Positions 22,146-36,003 of a DNA stretch of 64,000 nt are shown here, in pieces. The notes beneath the pieces are model-generated. The model searched no databases, was not told where the DNA came from, and saw nothing but the letters and a program-made list of their open reading frames with translations. The stretch comes from Macrostomum hystrix (lineage: Eukaryota; Animalia; Platyhelminthes). How positions within the stretch are numbered: the first letter of the stretch is position 1; each line of letters opens with the position of its first letter. The position numbers were made by a program, and so were the translations under genes. Location: positions 4,216,001-4,280,000 of the forward strand of contig CATNEN010000030.1 of NCBI GenBank assembly GCA_950097015.1, read 5' to 3'.

Positions 22146-24937
22146 ATTACCATTCAGTCCCTACAATTGACACCATTCAGCCCCTACAATTGACACCATT
22201 CAGTCCCTACAATTGACACCATTCAGCCCCTACAATTGGCACCATTCAGCCCCTACATTCGACACCATTCAGTCCCTACAATTGACACCATTCAGCCCCT
22301 ACAATTGACACCATTCAGTCCCTACAATTGACACCATTCAGCCCCTACAATTGACACCATTCAGTCCCTACAATTGACACCATTCAGCCCCTACAATTGA
22401 CACCATTCAGCCCCTACAATTGGCACCATTCAGCCCCTACAATTGACACCATTCAGCCCCTACAATTGACACCATTCAGCCCCTACAATTGACACCATTC
22501 AGTCCCTACAATTGACACCATTCAGCCCCTACAATTGACACCATTCAGTCCTTACAATTGACACCATTCAGCCCCTACAATTGACACCATTCAGTCCTTA
22601 CAATTGACACCATTCAGCCCCTAAAACTGACACCATTCAGTCCTTACAATTGGCACCATTCAGCCCCTACAATTGACACCATTCAGTCCTTACAATTGAC
22701 ACCATTCAGCCCCTAAAACTGACACCATTCAGCCCCTACAATTGACACCATTCAGTCCCTACAACTGACACCATTCAGTCCCTACAACTGACACCATTCA
22801 GTCCCTACAACTGACACCATTCAGTCCCTACAACTGACACCATTCAGCCCCTACAACTGACACCATTCAGTCCCTACAATTGACACCATTCAGCCCCTAC
22901 AATTGACACCATTCAGCCCCTACAATTGGCACCATTCAGCCCCTACAATTGACACCATTCAGCCCCTACAATTGGCACCATTCAGTCCCTACAATTGACA
23001 CCATTCAGCCCCTACAATTGACACCATTCAGTCCTTACAATTGGCACCATTCAGCCCCTACAATTGACACCATTCAGTCCTTACAATTGACACCATTCAG
23101 CCCCTACAACTGACACCATTCAGTCCCTACAACTGACACCATTCAGTCCCTACAACTGACACCATTCAGTCCCTACAATTGACACCATTCAGCCCCTACA
23201 ATTGACACCATTCAGCCCCTACAATTGGCACCATTCAGCCCCTACAATTGACACCATTCAGCCCCTACAATTGACACCATTCAGCCCCTACAATTGACAC
23301 CATTCAGTCCCTACAATTGACACCATTCAGCCCCTACAATTGACACCATTCAGTCCTTACAATTGACACCATTCAGCCCCTACAATTGACACCATTCAGT
23401 CCTTACAATTGACACCATTCAGCCCCTAAAACTGACACCATTCAGTCCTTACAATTGGCACCATTCAGCCCCTACAATTGACACCATTCAGTCCTTACAA
23501 TTGACACCATTCAGCCCCTAAAACTGACACCATTCAGCCCCTACAATTGACACCATTCAGTCCCTACAACTGACACCATTCAGTCCCTACAACTGACACC
23601 ATTCAGTCCCTACAACTGACACCATTCAGTCCCTACAACTGACACCATTCAGCCCCTACAACTGACACCATTCAGTCCCTACAATTGACACCATTCAGCC
23701 CCTACAATTGACACCATTCAGCCCCTACAATTGGCACCATTCAGCCCCTACAATTGACACCATTCAGCCCCTACAATTGGCACCATTCAGTCCCTACAAT
23801 TGACACCATTCAGCCCCTACAATTGACACCATTCAGTCCTTACAATTGGCACCATTCAGCCCCTACAATTGACACCATTCAGTCCTTACAATTGACACCA
23901 TTCAGCCCCTACAACTGACACCATTCAGTCCCTACAACTGACACCATTCAGTCCCTACAACTGACACCATTCAGTCCCTACAATTGACACCATTCAGCCC
24001 CTACAATTGACACCATTCAGCCCCTACAATTGGCACCATTCAGTCCCTACAATTGACACCATTCAGCCCCTACAATTGACACCATTCAGTCCTTACAATT
24101 GACACCATTCAGCCCCTACAATTGACACCATTCAGTCCTTACAATTGACACCATTCAGCCCCTAAAACTGACACCATTCAGTCCTTACAATTGGCACCAT
24201 TCAGCCCCTACAATTGACACCATTCAGCCCCTACAATTGACACCATTCAGCCCCTAAAACTGACACCATTCAGCCCCTACAATTGACACCATTCAGCCCC
24301 TACAATTGACACCATTCAGTCCCTACTACTGACACCATTCAGCCCCTACAATTGGCACCATTCAGTCCCTAAAACTGACACCGTTCAGTCCCTACAACTG
24401 ACACCATTCAGCCCCTACAATTGACACCATTCAGTCCCTACAACTGACACCATTCAGTCCCTACAACTGACACCATTCAGCCCCTACAACTGACACCATT
24501 CAGCCCCTACAATTGGCACCATTCAGTCCTTACAATTGACACCATTCAGCCCCTACAATTGGCACCATTCAGTCCTTACAATTGACACCATTCAGCCCCT
24601 AAAACTGACACCATTCAGCCCCTAAAATTGACACCATTCAGCCCCTACAATTGACACCATTCAGTCCCTACAATTGACACCATTCAGCCCCTAAAATTGA
24701 CACCATTCAGCCCCTAAAATTGACACCATTCAGCCCCTACAATTGACACCATTCAGTCCCTACAATTGACACCATTCAGCCCCTACAATTGACACCATTC
24801 AGCCCCTACAATTGACACCATTCAGTCCCTACAATTGACACCATTCAGCCCCTAAAATTGACACCATTCAGCCCCTACAATTGACACCATTCAGCCCCTA
24901 CAATTGACACCATTCAGCCCCTAAAACTGACACCGTT
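22146..24937. repeat. Satellite array, 23 bp unit CCCTACAATTGACACCATTCAGC, with higher-order structure
   Basis: About 120 copies; the variant pattern recurs at an 805 bp period. Confidence 0.96.
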
Positions 24938-25850
24938 CAATAGTCAAAAAAGACGTTTGTTTCCCTAAAAATCATGACCATTGAAACTCAAGAGGATTGA
25001 TGACGTCACAGAATTAAAAAAGGCCTCAATTTTTAGTCGAACCAACCGATTATAAATCAAAAGTAACATGACTTGATATGGAGTCTCGCATTTTAAAATT
25101 AAAATCAAAATTAAAACAGCAATGCAGGTTTCAGTGTGGCAGTTCAGATTCAGATGCTAAGTCACGATCTGTGAACTGGACAGCTAGTCAAGCAATGGCG
25201 TTCTACACTCTACCCAGGTATGTGGATCTCAATGAAAAGCAGGTGTCACAACCTAAGAGTTTGCTTGGAGGCAGATTATAAGTCGAGAGACACCTGGCAA
25301 ACTAATGTATAGAGTTTCTCAATTTGGCTGCATTATATAGATTGATTGTGCAGGCACTAAGTAGGAATTAATATCTGAATACCAGAGGGCGAAACAATAG
25401 AGTTCGAACCACCGGAAGTCAGTCGGGTGGAAGACGAAAAAAGATTCTATTCGCCGCTTTAAGTGACACCCGACGAAACGGATAAAGAGAAATCAGATAT
25501 CGCTTTTTTGCCTTCTGCCGAAGTCAGACAATGAAGTGGATTGTTTTTTAAAATCCCCGTTCTTGTCTATTATCGTCTAGCTTCTCGTTAACGACTCGAA
25601 ACAGACAGATGTCGTTTGTCTGTCCGCTAGAATTGAAACAAGTTTAACTCTTGTAACCGAGCTCGCAACGAGATCAAGTGAGCTAGCTGCCAAGGTGGAA
25701 AATATGGAGACATTAGATCAAGGAAATGATATCGGACATATCACAGACAGTTGGACAAAACAATTCCAAGCCTGAACATGCGGTATCCATTTTGCGATTC
25801 CGCACGGCAGTTTAATGTCTCTAGAAACTTCCGTCGTCTCCGTAAATGAA

Positions 25851-27310
25851 ACAAGCAGTTTCCATACTTCCATGAAGGAATCTACAAGCAGTTTCCATAC
25901 TTCCATGAAGGAATCTACAAGCAGTTTCCATACTTCCATGAAGGAATCAACAAGCAGTTTCCATACTTCCATGAAGGAATCAACAAGCAGTTTCCATACT
26001 TCCATGAAGGAATCTACAAGCAGTTTCCATACTTCCATGAAGGAATCTACAAGCAGTTTCCATACTTCCATGAAGGAATCTACAAGCAGTTTCCATACTT
26101 CCATGAAGGAATCTACAAGCAGTTTCCATACTTCCATGAAGGAATCAACAAGCAGTTTCCATACTTCCATGAAGGAATCAACAAGCAGTTTCCATACTTC
26201 CATGAAGGAATCTACAAGCAGTTTCCATACTTCCATGAAGGAATCAACAAGCAGTTTCCATACTTCCATGAAGGAATCAACAAGCAGTTTCCATACTTCC
26301 ATGAAGGAATCAACAAGCAGTTTCCATACTTCCATGAAGGAATCAACAAGCAGTTTCCATACTTCCATGAAGGAATCAACAAGCAGTTTCCATACTTCCA
26401 TGAAGGAATCAACAAGCAGTTTCCATACTTCCATGAAGGAATCTACAAGCAGTTTCCATACTTCCATGAAGGAATCAACAAGCAGTTTCCATACTTCCAT
26501 GAAGGAATCAACAAGCAGTTTCCATACTTCCGTGAAGGAATCTACAAGCAGTTTCCATACTTCCGTGAAGGAATCTAGAAGCAGTTTCCATACTTCCGTG
26601 AAGGAATCTACATGCAGTTTCCCCGCATCCGTGAAGAAATCTAGAAGCAGTTTCCATACTTCCATGAAGGAATCTACAAGCAGTATCCGCACTTCCATGA
26701 AGGAATCTACATGCAGTTTCCCCGCATCCGTGAAGAAATCTAGAAGCAGTTTCCATACTTCCATGAAGGAATCTACAAGCAGTATCCGCACTTCCATGAA
26801 GGAATCTACAAGCAGTTTCCATACTTCCATGAAGGAATCTACAAGCAGTATCCGCACTTCCATGAAGGAATCTACAAGCAGTTTCCATACTTCCATGAAG
26901 GAATCTACATGAAGTTTCCCCGCATCCGTGAAGAAATCTAGAAGCAGTTTCCATACTTCCATGAAGGAATCTACAAGCAGTTTCCCCGCATCCGTGAAGA
27001 AATCTAGAAGCAGTTTCCATACTTCCATGAAGGAATCTACAAGCAGTATCCGCACTTCCATGAAGGAATCTACATGCAGTTTCCCCGCATCCGTGAAGAA
27101 ATCTAGAAGCAGTTTCCATACTTCCATGAAGGAATCTACAAGCAGTATCCGCACTTCCATGAAGGAATCTACAAGCAGTTTCCATACTTCCATGAAGGAA
27201 TCTACAAGCAGTATCCGCACTTCCATGAAGGAATCTACAAGCAGTTTCCCCGCATCTGTGAAGAAATCTAGAAGCAGTTTCCATACTTTCGTGAAGGAAT
27301 CTTTAAAACG
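25851..27310. repeat. Minisatellite, 33 bp unit AAGCAGTTTCCATACTTCCATGAAGGAATCTAC
   Basis: Direct tandem repetition; unit length divisible by 3 produces the long repetitive ORFs. Confidence 0.96.
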
Positions 27311-28489
27311 CAGTTTCCACGCAGTGTTTGAAGACAAACAATGTTTTATGTGCTATAATAAACCAATGATCCAAAAGAGCATTTAGAAAAAGCTAGACTA
27401 GAAGAGCGCATTGAAATATTTAAAGACTGCAGTAGAATAATAGTGATTTAGACAACAATCTGGTCCACCAATCAGTGGATTATGGGCGAAATCAACTCAA
27501 TATATTTTGAAACTCCTAAATTGATCCTGAAGTCGTATCTAAGCTTACTCACCAAACTGGCAAGTGCAATGATTGTTCTGCATGCATTCAGCTGGGCTAA
27601 TCAGTTGTCAATCAATGAAAGTCAATGAAATTAATAGAACGATGGGTAAGAAATGACAGCTTAGTCAGGGGCGCAACTGTTTTTGGTTGGTCTATCAAAA
27701 GATCACATTTAATGGCTAGTACGAGTATATACTTATAAATATACGCGGTTTTAATAATTCGGTGTAAACTGGCAGCGAAACAACAGCTTTAATATTTTCA
27801 TTTGAATCTTTTATGAACAAAAAAACAAGAAACGATCCCGACTGCCTACTAACAGTAGCCAGCACAAGAATATGAATTGCAAATGAATACTATTTAAAAA
27901 ACCCAATCATAAGTAGCATCAGAGGGACCAGTAGATCGTTCTAATTCGACCAGAAACGAAAAGAAAAACAAACTTAGACCAAAAAAGACACCAAAAGCAG
28001 AGAGAAGCAAGTATTTACTGTAAATTTACTGTAGATTTATAATTACCTTTAATATAGCGCAGCTGTGTAATGCACACATAATTGACTAAAACTGCGGCAG
28101 GCATAAGTGTCATATTGAGTGTCGCTTCTTAAAAATAAGACAATTATGCAAATATCTTAGAGCACATGCAACTAGAGACCAGATACGGTTAATAGGGTTC
28201 CGAAGTAAATAAAAACAATAGTAAGACCAAAACAACACAGGCGGAAACACGTGCTGACTGAATCATTTAAACAACTAAACACCCATTAATTGGAATCCTT
28301 AGTGTTTTTAAAGGAAAATAAATATGATCATATTTAGTAAATAAGTAACAGCCAAAAAATGAATAATAGCATTTTTCTATGCATGCAAGCCCACTGACCA
28401 GGGGTATAAAACATTAGAAAAGTTCCCGGACTTCAGGTCAGACCAGAGGACGCATTCAGCAACAACAGGCCGACATCAAAGCCTAGCAG

Positions 28490-30663
28490 CTAATTCCAGA
28501 AGTCACCGGCTGCGAAAGCAGACTGCTGCTGTTGCTGCTGCTGTTGCTGCAGCTGGTTTCCGCCGGGATTCGCAGCATTGCCGGAGCCTTTAAAGTTCAG
28601 GCCAGCCATCTGGCTCTGAATCTGCGTTGTTTTTGAGTCGGGTTTGAGTTTGAGTCGACTATTAAATTAGTTTTCTACTTTATTAACAAATCTAAAATAC
28701 GTCAGTCTGTGACACTTTGCGTGCGACTGAAGGCACAATTCTAGTACTGGCTGCTGTCATCGATAATCAGTTCAGGTCAGTTAGTGGGTCATCGATAATC
28801 AGTTCAGGTCAGTTAGTGGGTCATCGATAATCAGTTCAGGTCAGTTAGTGGGGTCATCGATAATCAGTTCAGGTCAGTTAGTGGGGTCATCGATAATCAG
28901 TTCAGGTCAGTTAGTGGGGTCATCGATAATCAGTTCAGGTCAGTTAGTGGGGTCATCGATAATCAGTTCAGGTCAGTTAGTGGGGTCATCGATAATCAGT
29001 TCAGGTCAGATAGTGGGGTCATCGATAATCAGTTCAGGTCAGTTAGTGGGGTCATCGATAATCAGTTCAGGTCAGTTAGTGGGGCCATGAAGCAATCAGT
29101 TGAAAATATTTTCTATTTGCATCCTCCACTATCAAGACAAACAATTCGTCATCTTACGATACATAACACTACAGACAGTTAATGTTAAGAAACGAGTCCT
29201 TTCTTCCTTTCTAATTTCTTTCTCCTAACGCCTATCAGTTGATTAAGTTAGTACTGTTAATTATTGACTGCCTAAAATAAATCGAAAATAATTAGAAACC
29301 AACTTACCTGCTGCAAATATGCTGATTGATTGTTAACATAGCCGGGTGGTTGAAAGCCATAGTACTGCTGCTGCTGCTGCTGCTGCTGATACTGGTCCAC
29401 CTGTTTCTGATAAGACGGCGCAACACCGCCAAACTGAGGCGGTCCGAATTGGCCACCTGTAGAATACAGAGCCCCAGCTGTCTGGCTGTACAGGGCGGCG
29501 AACTGCTGCGGCTGCTGCAGCTGCTGCAGATGCTGATGAGGCTGCTGCGGTGGCATCTGGTGATAACCACTAGGTACAGTCGCAGTTGCCAGGTGAGGCG
29601 TACTAACAGAATATTGCATTCCGCCAAAGTGCTGCTGCTGTTGCTGGTGAAGCGGAGGAGCCAGAAAGTTGCCGCCAGCCGCGCTGACGCCGCCGACGCC
29701 GGAGGAGCTATTGTACAGTGCCATAATAGAGTCCTTCATCGATTTCTTCTCGGCGCCATCGCCGCCATCAGTCAATCCGCCGCCGAATAGGTCGGCAGCC
29801 GGGCCGGCAGTCGCGCTGATGGCGCTGCTTTCGTTGAGAAAAGCCAAATCGTTGGCGTGGGAAGTTGCGGAACCACCGAAGCCACCGGCTCCTCCGCTAG
29901 TGAAGTCGCCAAAGCCGTCATCCGTTAAGCCGCCGAGTAGATCGACCTGAGTTGCCTTCTGCTCGACTATAGCTGTGGCTGCGGCGACGACGGCTGGGGC
30001 GGCAGCGTGCTGCTTTGGCTGCGGCTGCTGCTGCTGAGCTTCAGGCTGACTGGACATAGGCGAAGGCGCAGACTTGGTTGGCGCCGCGGCTGCTGATGCG
30101 GCCGAGCGCCTTCCGCCAGACGGCGCCGGCGCCGGAGCCGCCAATTTTGTCGAGGCGCCATCAGTAGGGCCAGCTGCTGCTGCTGCGCGCCTCTGGGCGG
30201 CGGCGGGTTTCAAAAGATCATACACAGAGGTTGGGTCAGGCTTTGGCAGCACCCAGTCCCTAGCCAAGTAGCGCTTCTCCTCGTATTTGGACTTGATGAA
30301 CTGCTCCAAAGCGGCGTCTGTCTGGGGCCGCCGAAATCCGTCTGGAACATTGGCCTCGTAGGCGGCGCGGGCCACCGAGTTGCCTATGGCGGCAACACCG
30401 GCCACCTGCTCGGCTGTCCAGGAGTCCAAGTTGACGGACTTCACCCGGGAGATGTGCACGCCAAGCTTCCGGTGAATGCCGGCGCAGCGGATGCAAAGGA
30501 AGACGCCGATGTTCCAGGAGGCCCAGCGGGGACTCTTGGCGTCGCAGTCGGCACAGTACTTGTTGTCCTCATCGCGAAGCAGCACAGCCAGGACGTCCTG
30601 GAGTAAGTCCTTCTCACTTTTGCCAGTGGCCGATTTGGCAGTGCGCGGTTGCTGACCAGACAT
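28490..30663 (-). CDS. SMAP1: SMAP-type ArfGAP (stromal membrane-associated protein 1/2-like); exons 30663-29308 and 28621-28490 (~495 aa)
   Basis: [51 protein letters not shown]...[21 protein letters not shown] ArfGAP zinc finger; [12 protein letters not shown] motif; donor CAG|GTAAGT at 29308; last exon [10 protein letters not shown]...DFWN*. Assignment to SMAP1 rather than SMAP2 cannot be resolved. Confidence 0.9.
28757..29085. repeat. Minisatellite, 33 bp unit TCATCGATAATCAGTTCAGGTCAGTTAGTGGGG, in the SMAP intron
   Basis: About 10 tandem copies. Confidence 0.94.
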
Positions 30664-31908
30664 GGGTCTCTGATTGACTTTGCTGGAGAAAATTTGCAAC
30701 TTACTGGACAGGGGACCTCTTTGCAATTGGTGTGGCCCCAGAGCTGTAATATTTTATCATTTAATGAGCTAATAACCATATTTCTTTATTGTATGATATT
30801 CAAAGTTACAAAAATAGATAATACTTTTAGTCGGATTTCTAATACAATTGAATTAAAAAAACTTTTTTTGAGGCAAATAGCTAATTTTTTAAGCAAGTAA
30901 CCAGTCAGGGGGCAAAAAATGGCAGGTAGAGACCAAGGTTTTAGTAGCCGTGGTAAGTGCTCACACTGTAGACTACTTTCAACAAGTGTCTCGCACCTTT
31001 GTGGTGCAGTTGAATATTTAGACTAGGTCTGTGCTTTTTAATCATTTTAACCAATCTTCTTTCACCCTAGTATACAGGTGTCTTAGTTTTTCCAATATAG
31101 GAAGTTTTCTGTTGAACAGAACAAGTAAATTTGTTGAGAACACTTGCAGCCAGGGAACACGGGATTTGAGTCTGCTGACATATTAGCCAACTTTGGTAGT
31201 GACAAAAGCAACTTTGATAATTGATATTGTACTATTTGTGAAGGGATTTTTCTAATTGTTTTTCAACAATTTTCAATAAGCCACTCTTCCTCAATAACAT
31301 TCTTGCTATTAATATTCAAAAATAAATATATATATATATAGACATAAAGTTGCAAGTAGCTATCTTCAGAGAAAAGATAGATTAATTTTTGTGTGACAGA
31401 CTTTCCAATAATCACTTATTCAATAAAAAAGCATAAAGATTTCTATTTTTTGTTTGTCCATATCATCCAACCTTCTGTATCCTAATCCAACCTAAACAAG
31501 CTAAATATGTCACATGTGAAGTTCTTTATTAAAAAAATCAGATATATCAATAGCTGCTGATTTTAAGAACCTTCAATGGTCAATGCAATTTCTTAGCACA
31601 AAGGTAATTTATATTTTCTTTACCTCTTTCAAACCTGACTCCCACTTCTACTATAGGACTAGCAACCATATAAACCATAGTATTTGCCTTCAATGACTTT
31701 ATTTGAATTTTAAATGCCTCTGACTTTCAGGTTTCTTGCTATATGCCTTAGTATTTACCAAGTGACCAGTTAGTTTAAGCTAGTTTTTTAGGTTTGGAAG
31801 AGTTAGAGTTAGGAATAAAGACAGAATCACAGAGTCCTCTCTATTTTGGCCACCCTGAAAACAAATTGGCTAATAGCCTTGCCAAGGCTGGTTTGACAGG
31901 TTTGCTTT

Positions 31909-32350
31909 GGTACCTGGACACTTCGTCATCTTACAACTTCGTCATCCAGATGACGATCTGTCCAATATCTTAGAGGGTGGATGACGAAGAGACTTAGACT
32001 TGAGGACACTTCGTCATCTATAAAACAAAAGTTTTCAAAGTTAGAACAGAACCACCCCTCCCCACCTCCTCACATCGTGTTGGCACCTTTCTTTCAACTC
32101 TTATAATGAAATCAGTTTTGACACCTCTTTTTGGCATTTTAAGATGTGAAGTGTGTTCACACGTCTGCCCCACCACCCCACCCTCACTTTATTGATGATG
32201 AACTTAATTGCTTATTTGTTATTAGTAGATGACGAACTGACCAAACTTTAAAGCATGCCAATTGGCTGGATGACAAAGTGTCCTACCTTCCAAGTGGATG
32301 ACGAAGTTGTAAGATGACGAAGTTGTAAGATGACGAAGTGTCTAGGATCC
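31909..32350. mobile_element. Non-autonomous DNA transposon (MITE), probably MULE/Mutator-like
   Basis: About 40 bp TIRs (GG(TA/AT)CCT(G/A)GACACTTCGTCATCTTACAACTTCGTCATCCA); near-perfect 9-bp TSD GTTTGCTTT (31900-31908) / ATTTGCTTT (32351-32359). Confidence 0.8.
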
Positions 32351-32429
32351 ATTTGCTTTTAGGCCCCCTCCCTACAGTCTCCACCTCTATTGCTATTGTC
32401 ACTCACTTGGATTAACCAGTGGGTGGCAT

Positions 32430-32585
32430 CTAAGCACAAGGACTGGTAGATCAGCAGCTATTGCGGGGCACATCTGAAGGCTGCATACAGCTGTTCAGTC
32501 CATGGACTGGGGGGACGCCACACCTACCTTCAATTATCCCAGCTGTTAACCCAATTCACAGCAGTTAAATGGGTACCAGCATTAG
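32430..32585 (-). mobile_element. SINE family 1 fragment
   Basis: Reverse complement GTGTGGCGTCCCCCCAGTCCATGGACTGAACAGCTGTATGCAGCCTTCAGATGTGCC matches the 3' half of the 55972 copy. Confidence 0.7.
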
Positions 32586-34172
32586 TTTAGTGAAAATGAA
32601 TCTAGTATTCATATATACATCTATATAATATACATCTATATTACAAAAAAATATTTTAAACTTGAAATCAATTCTGACTAACAATATTTTAGACGAGCAC
32701 AGCTGCTGTGGCTAAACTTTGAGTTCAAGCGGATTTAAGTAACTCTTTTGAAGTTAAGTAGGCCTAGTTAGGCCTAACTTCCTAAGCAGTTTTAGAAGTT
32801 CAAGTTATTACATTACATATTAAAAAGTTCTAAGTTCTAATCTAAGTCAAGTAGCTATATTTATAATTACGAAAGTATGAATGAAATTACTGTTAGCTAA
32901 CTCCTAAAAGTCTAAATCTAAGACTAAAATTCACCAATACTCAATAGGACCTATCGATCGATCCTGATCGTAGATTATAGGAAACAGCTTTTAATTTCCG
33001 TGTTTTATCTTTTTATTAAAACAATTATAGGTAAACTTTCATTAAAATTAAACACTGAACTTCTAATAAAACAACTTAGGCAGAAGAAAACTGTTTTTAG
33101 GTTTGAGAAAGCACATTTTCTCTAGCTTAAATGTGTTTACAGAAAGTATCAATGTTAAATTCGTTTTTGAAACATCCTTTATTTTAAATAGACGGTAAAG
33201 TAAAAATCCCGCCTTATGTTAGATCGTAAGCTGACGTTTAATTATTATGCTTGCCATCAGCAAGAAAATGTTAGTTAGTTATCTGAGAAATGTTAGTTAT
33301 TTTAATTATGGGATATTTAAGTTTCCTGGTACCATGTTGCAATGAATAACATCATTAAAAATAGCATAGCACTCCATATTCCATAATACTCATTGTTTTG
33401 ATACGAAGTGTCACTTGTATTGAGCTTTAGATGAATAGGTAGATATGACTTGTAATTATTAAAGTATGATAATAATGATTTGCGAGAAGAAGAACGTTTC
33501 GATTCTGGCTCCAGTTTTGATATTTTTATCTAGAGCCATCGTATCCATCAATGGCCGAAATTTATGTTTTTTACTGTCCCTTTTTGTAGACAAAAGATAA
33601 TCCCTTTCGCACAAAGATTAGCAATATGGTTCATAATATTAGAATGCTTTGCTAAGCACACTTTTAGTATTATATTATTCGTTTACTTGCCTATATTTTT
33701 GTGAATCTAGCGCAGAAATTTGCATTTTCTTAATAGGTATTACCTCTATTCATACGTTTCTAGTTATGTATTCATTTCGATACTGGTCGATGTTGGTCAA
33801 CTTTAAAATGTACAACTTGCATTTTATATTTTTCATTGGATGCGAATGTGAATAGCTAAGTTTAGACCTTTGCATAACTTGTGCAATGGGCTCTCAATCA
33901 TATTAAAAAAATTATTTGAAGTTAACGAGTTACGGAGTTAGTGTTAAAGTCTATTTAAGTAGAAATTTCGTTATAAAAATTTCCTATAATAACATAAGAG
34001 TAAAAATTAAAATTGTTTTTGTTTTAATTCAAGATGTGAAATTCCATCAAATTTGCTAAGTAGTCTAACCATGGTAAGAAATATGCGAAAACAAATACTA
34101 GATATGACATTTTTTATACTGTGACATCGCCTGAAATATTTCCAGCCAACAGAGCCAACATTTAAAGCTAAA

Positions 34173-35284
34173 ATGCCGGGCGACAACAAGGAAAACGGCG
34201 ACCCTTATTACTGCTCTGAGCAGATTCAGATCCCGTCCTCCCTGCCAGACATCCTGAAGCAGTACACCAAGTCGGCGATTCGCACGCAGCCTCCGGATGT
34301 TCTAGCCTGGTCCGCCGCCTATTTCCGCGCCATGGCCAATGGCGAAACGCCACCAGTGAAGGAGCGCCTAGAAATGGCTCAGGCCACGCAGAAGACCGAC
34401 ACGGGCCTCACACCCGGCCTGCTGCGGGTGCTCAACAAGCAGCTGGGTCCCAAGAAACAGGTCGAAGTCAGCGACATCACCGAGAAATGGAAGGCATTGA
34501 ATCTGCCCGAAGAACGACTGCAGGAGCTGTTCCAGGTGAGACTCAGTATCAATCATAATGTCCATCAAGCTAGCTAAATGCTTAATATAATACCCGTACA
34601 TTTACAAAATACAAAAAATTTTATGACGTATGAATGAATCGGCGATCGAAGACCGATAATAAAAAATCATAATATTTTGTATTATTACTAATAAACAGGT
34701 TTGCACACCAGCCCTGTCTTTTTAATAATCACGAAGTATAGCAACTCACTTTGCCTTGGGAGTTCGTCCTTTAACATTCCCCTACGATTCTCTCCGCGGC
34801 TGCGCCCCATTTATAGATGGCCTTTGCCAAGGATTCGAGCTCGGGGATCTTGGCGTGAGAGCCAGTCACGTTAGCCTCTCTACCAGCCAGTCCCCTTGGT
34901 TTAAGATGGGGATACAGAGTTGCATTGGTTTATAGACTGTTTATCATCGTTTTTTTTCAACCCTCAAATTAGATTGGCGACTTCACTGGCAAGGTGGAGT
35001 GGCTGAAATTCTTCGCCGTGGCCTGCGCCTCTCTCTGCAGCGACCTCAGCGGCACAATGAAGCTCATCTGTGAGCAGCTGACAGCCGATCCGGAGGGCGG
35101 CCCGGCCAGGGTCAACTTTGACACCTGGAAGCGCCTGTACGCCTACCTGTACGAATTGAACGCCGAGGCGGATCCGCAGGTGATGGAGGCGGCCCTGGGC
35201 TACCTGGCCTCCGATGTCGAGCGTCAGAAGGGTGTCATTCAGCCTAGGAACTTCCTGCACCAGGACTGCCCGCCGCTGCAGTGA
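34173..35284 (+). CDS. ROPN1L: Ropporin-1-like protein; exons 34173-34535 and 34973-35284 (~224 aa)
   Basis: RIIa-type D/D domain QIQIPSSLPDILKQYTKSAIRTQPPDVLAWSAAYF, ATQKTDTGLTPGLL and LTADPEGGPAR motifs; phase-0 GT-AG intron. Confidence 0.93.
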
Positions 35285-36003
35285 CCAGAGAGTGCTCAGT
35301 CTGATCACTCATCATGACGAACTCCATTCGATGTGTTCTTTGCTCTACATAGCTTGCTTCCCCATAGAGAGGCGAGATTGTCACTGTCAGGCAGTTGAGC
35401 TGCTTTGTCAGTGAAAGCTAAATTATATTGCTACTTAAAAAGGCTTCATCTAAGAGCTGCACGGCTACCCGTGCAGGTATAGACAAATTCAAATGACTGG
35501 CAAAGTAATAATCATCCACCGTAATGATGGGCTGCTTGGCTGTGGTGAGCAGGAATTATCTTGCACCGAATCCGACCAATATCCACTCCCGTATGCTAAA
35601 CACTTGATCTAATACGGGCATATCGTAACGCACGTTTTTGACGCGTGATATTTCCTAACTGATTTTTACCTCTTATTGTTTTATCAAACAGACAGATTCT
35701 ATGCACACTGACAGAGGCCGTAAGAGACCAAAAAATGAAACGCAACGTATCCAACGTGATATATCTGTACACTATTTTGATTTTATCTATTACAGACATA
35801 ATTGATGTGCTGTTTTGTTACTACTCGAACATCCGCTAAACTCCTATGTTTTTTAAGTAGAAGCCCAATATTAAATAGATTTACAGGAAACACCGAATTT
35901 CAAGTCAATGCATGAATTATATTCTAAATTCTTTGTAACATTATCGCTCTTCCGGGCAATAAAGGGCTTAAGTGTATCAAGTGTCTAAGTTATTGTTGCA
36001 TGG

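Noticed and set aside
10112-24937. Possible CRISPR arrays among the regular repeats
   Set aside because: Units are contiguous with no unique spacers, there are no cas genes, and the context is eukaryotic
25718-27386. Long ORFs of 539, 365, 258 and 152 aa
   Set aside because: They are translations of a 33-bp minisatellite open in several frames on both strands, with no domain or splice context
35588-35990. Short inverted matches (CCCGTAT/ATACGGG; ACACTTGAT/ATCAAGTGT) as a possible MITE
   Set aside because: Matches are only 7-9 bp and no TSD was found
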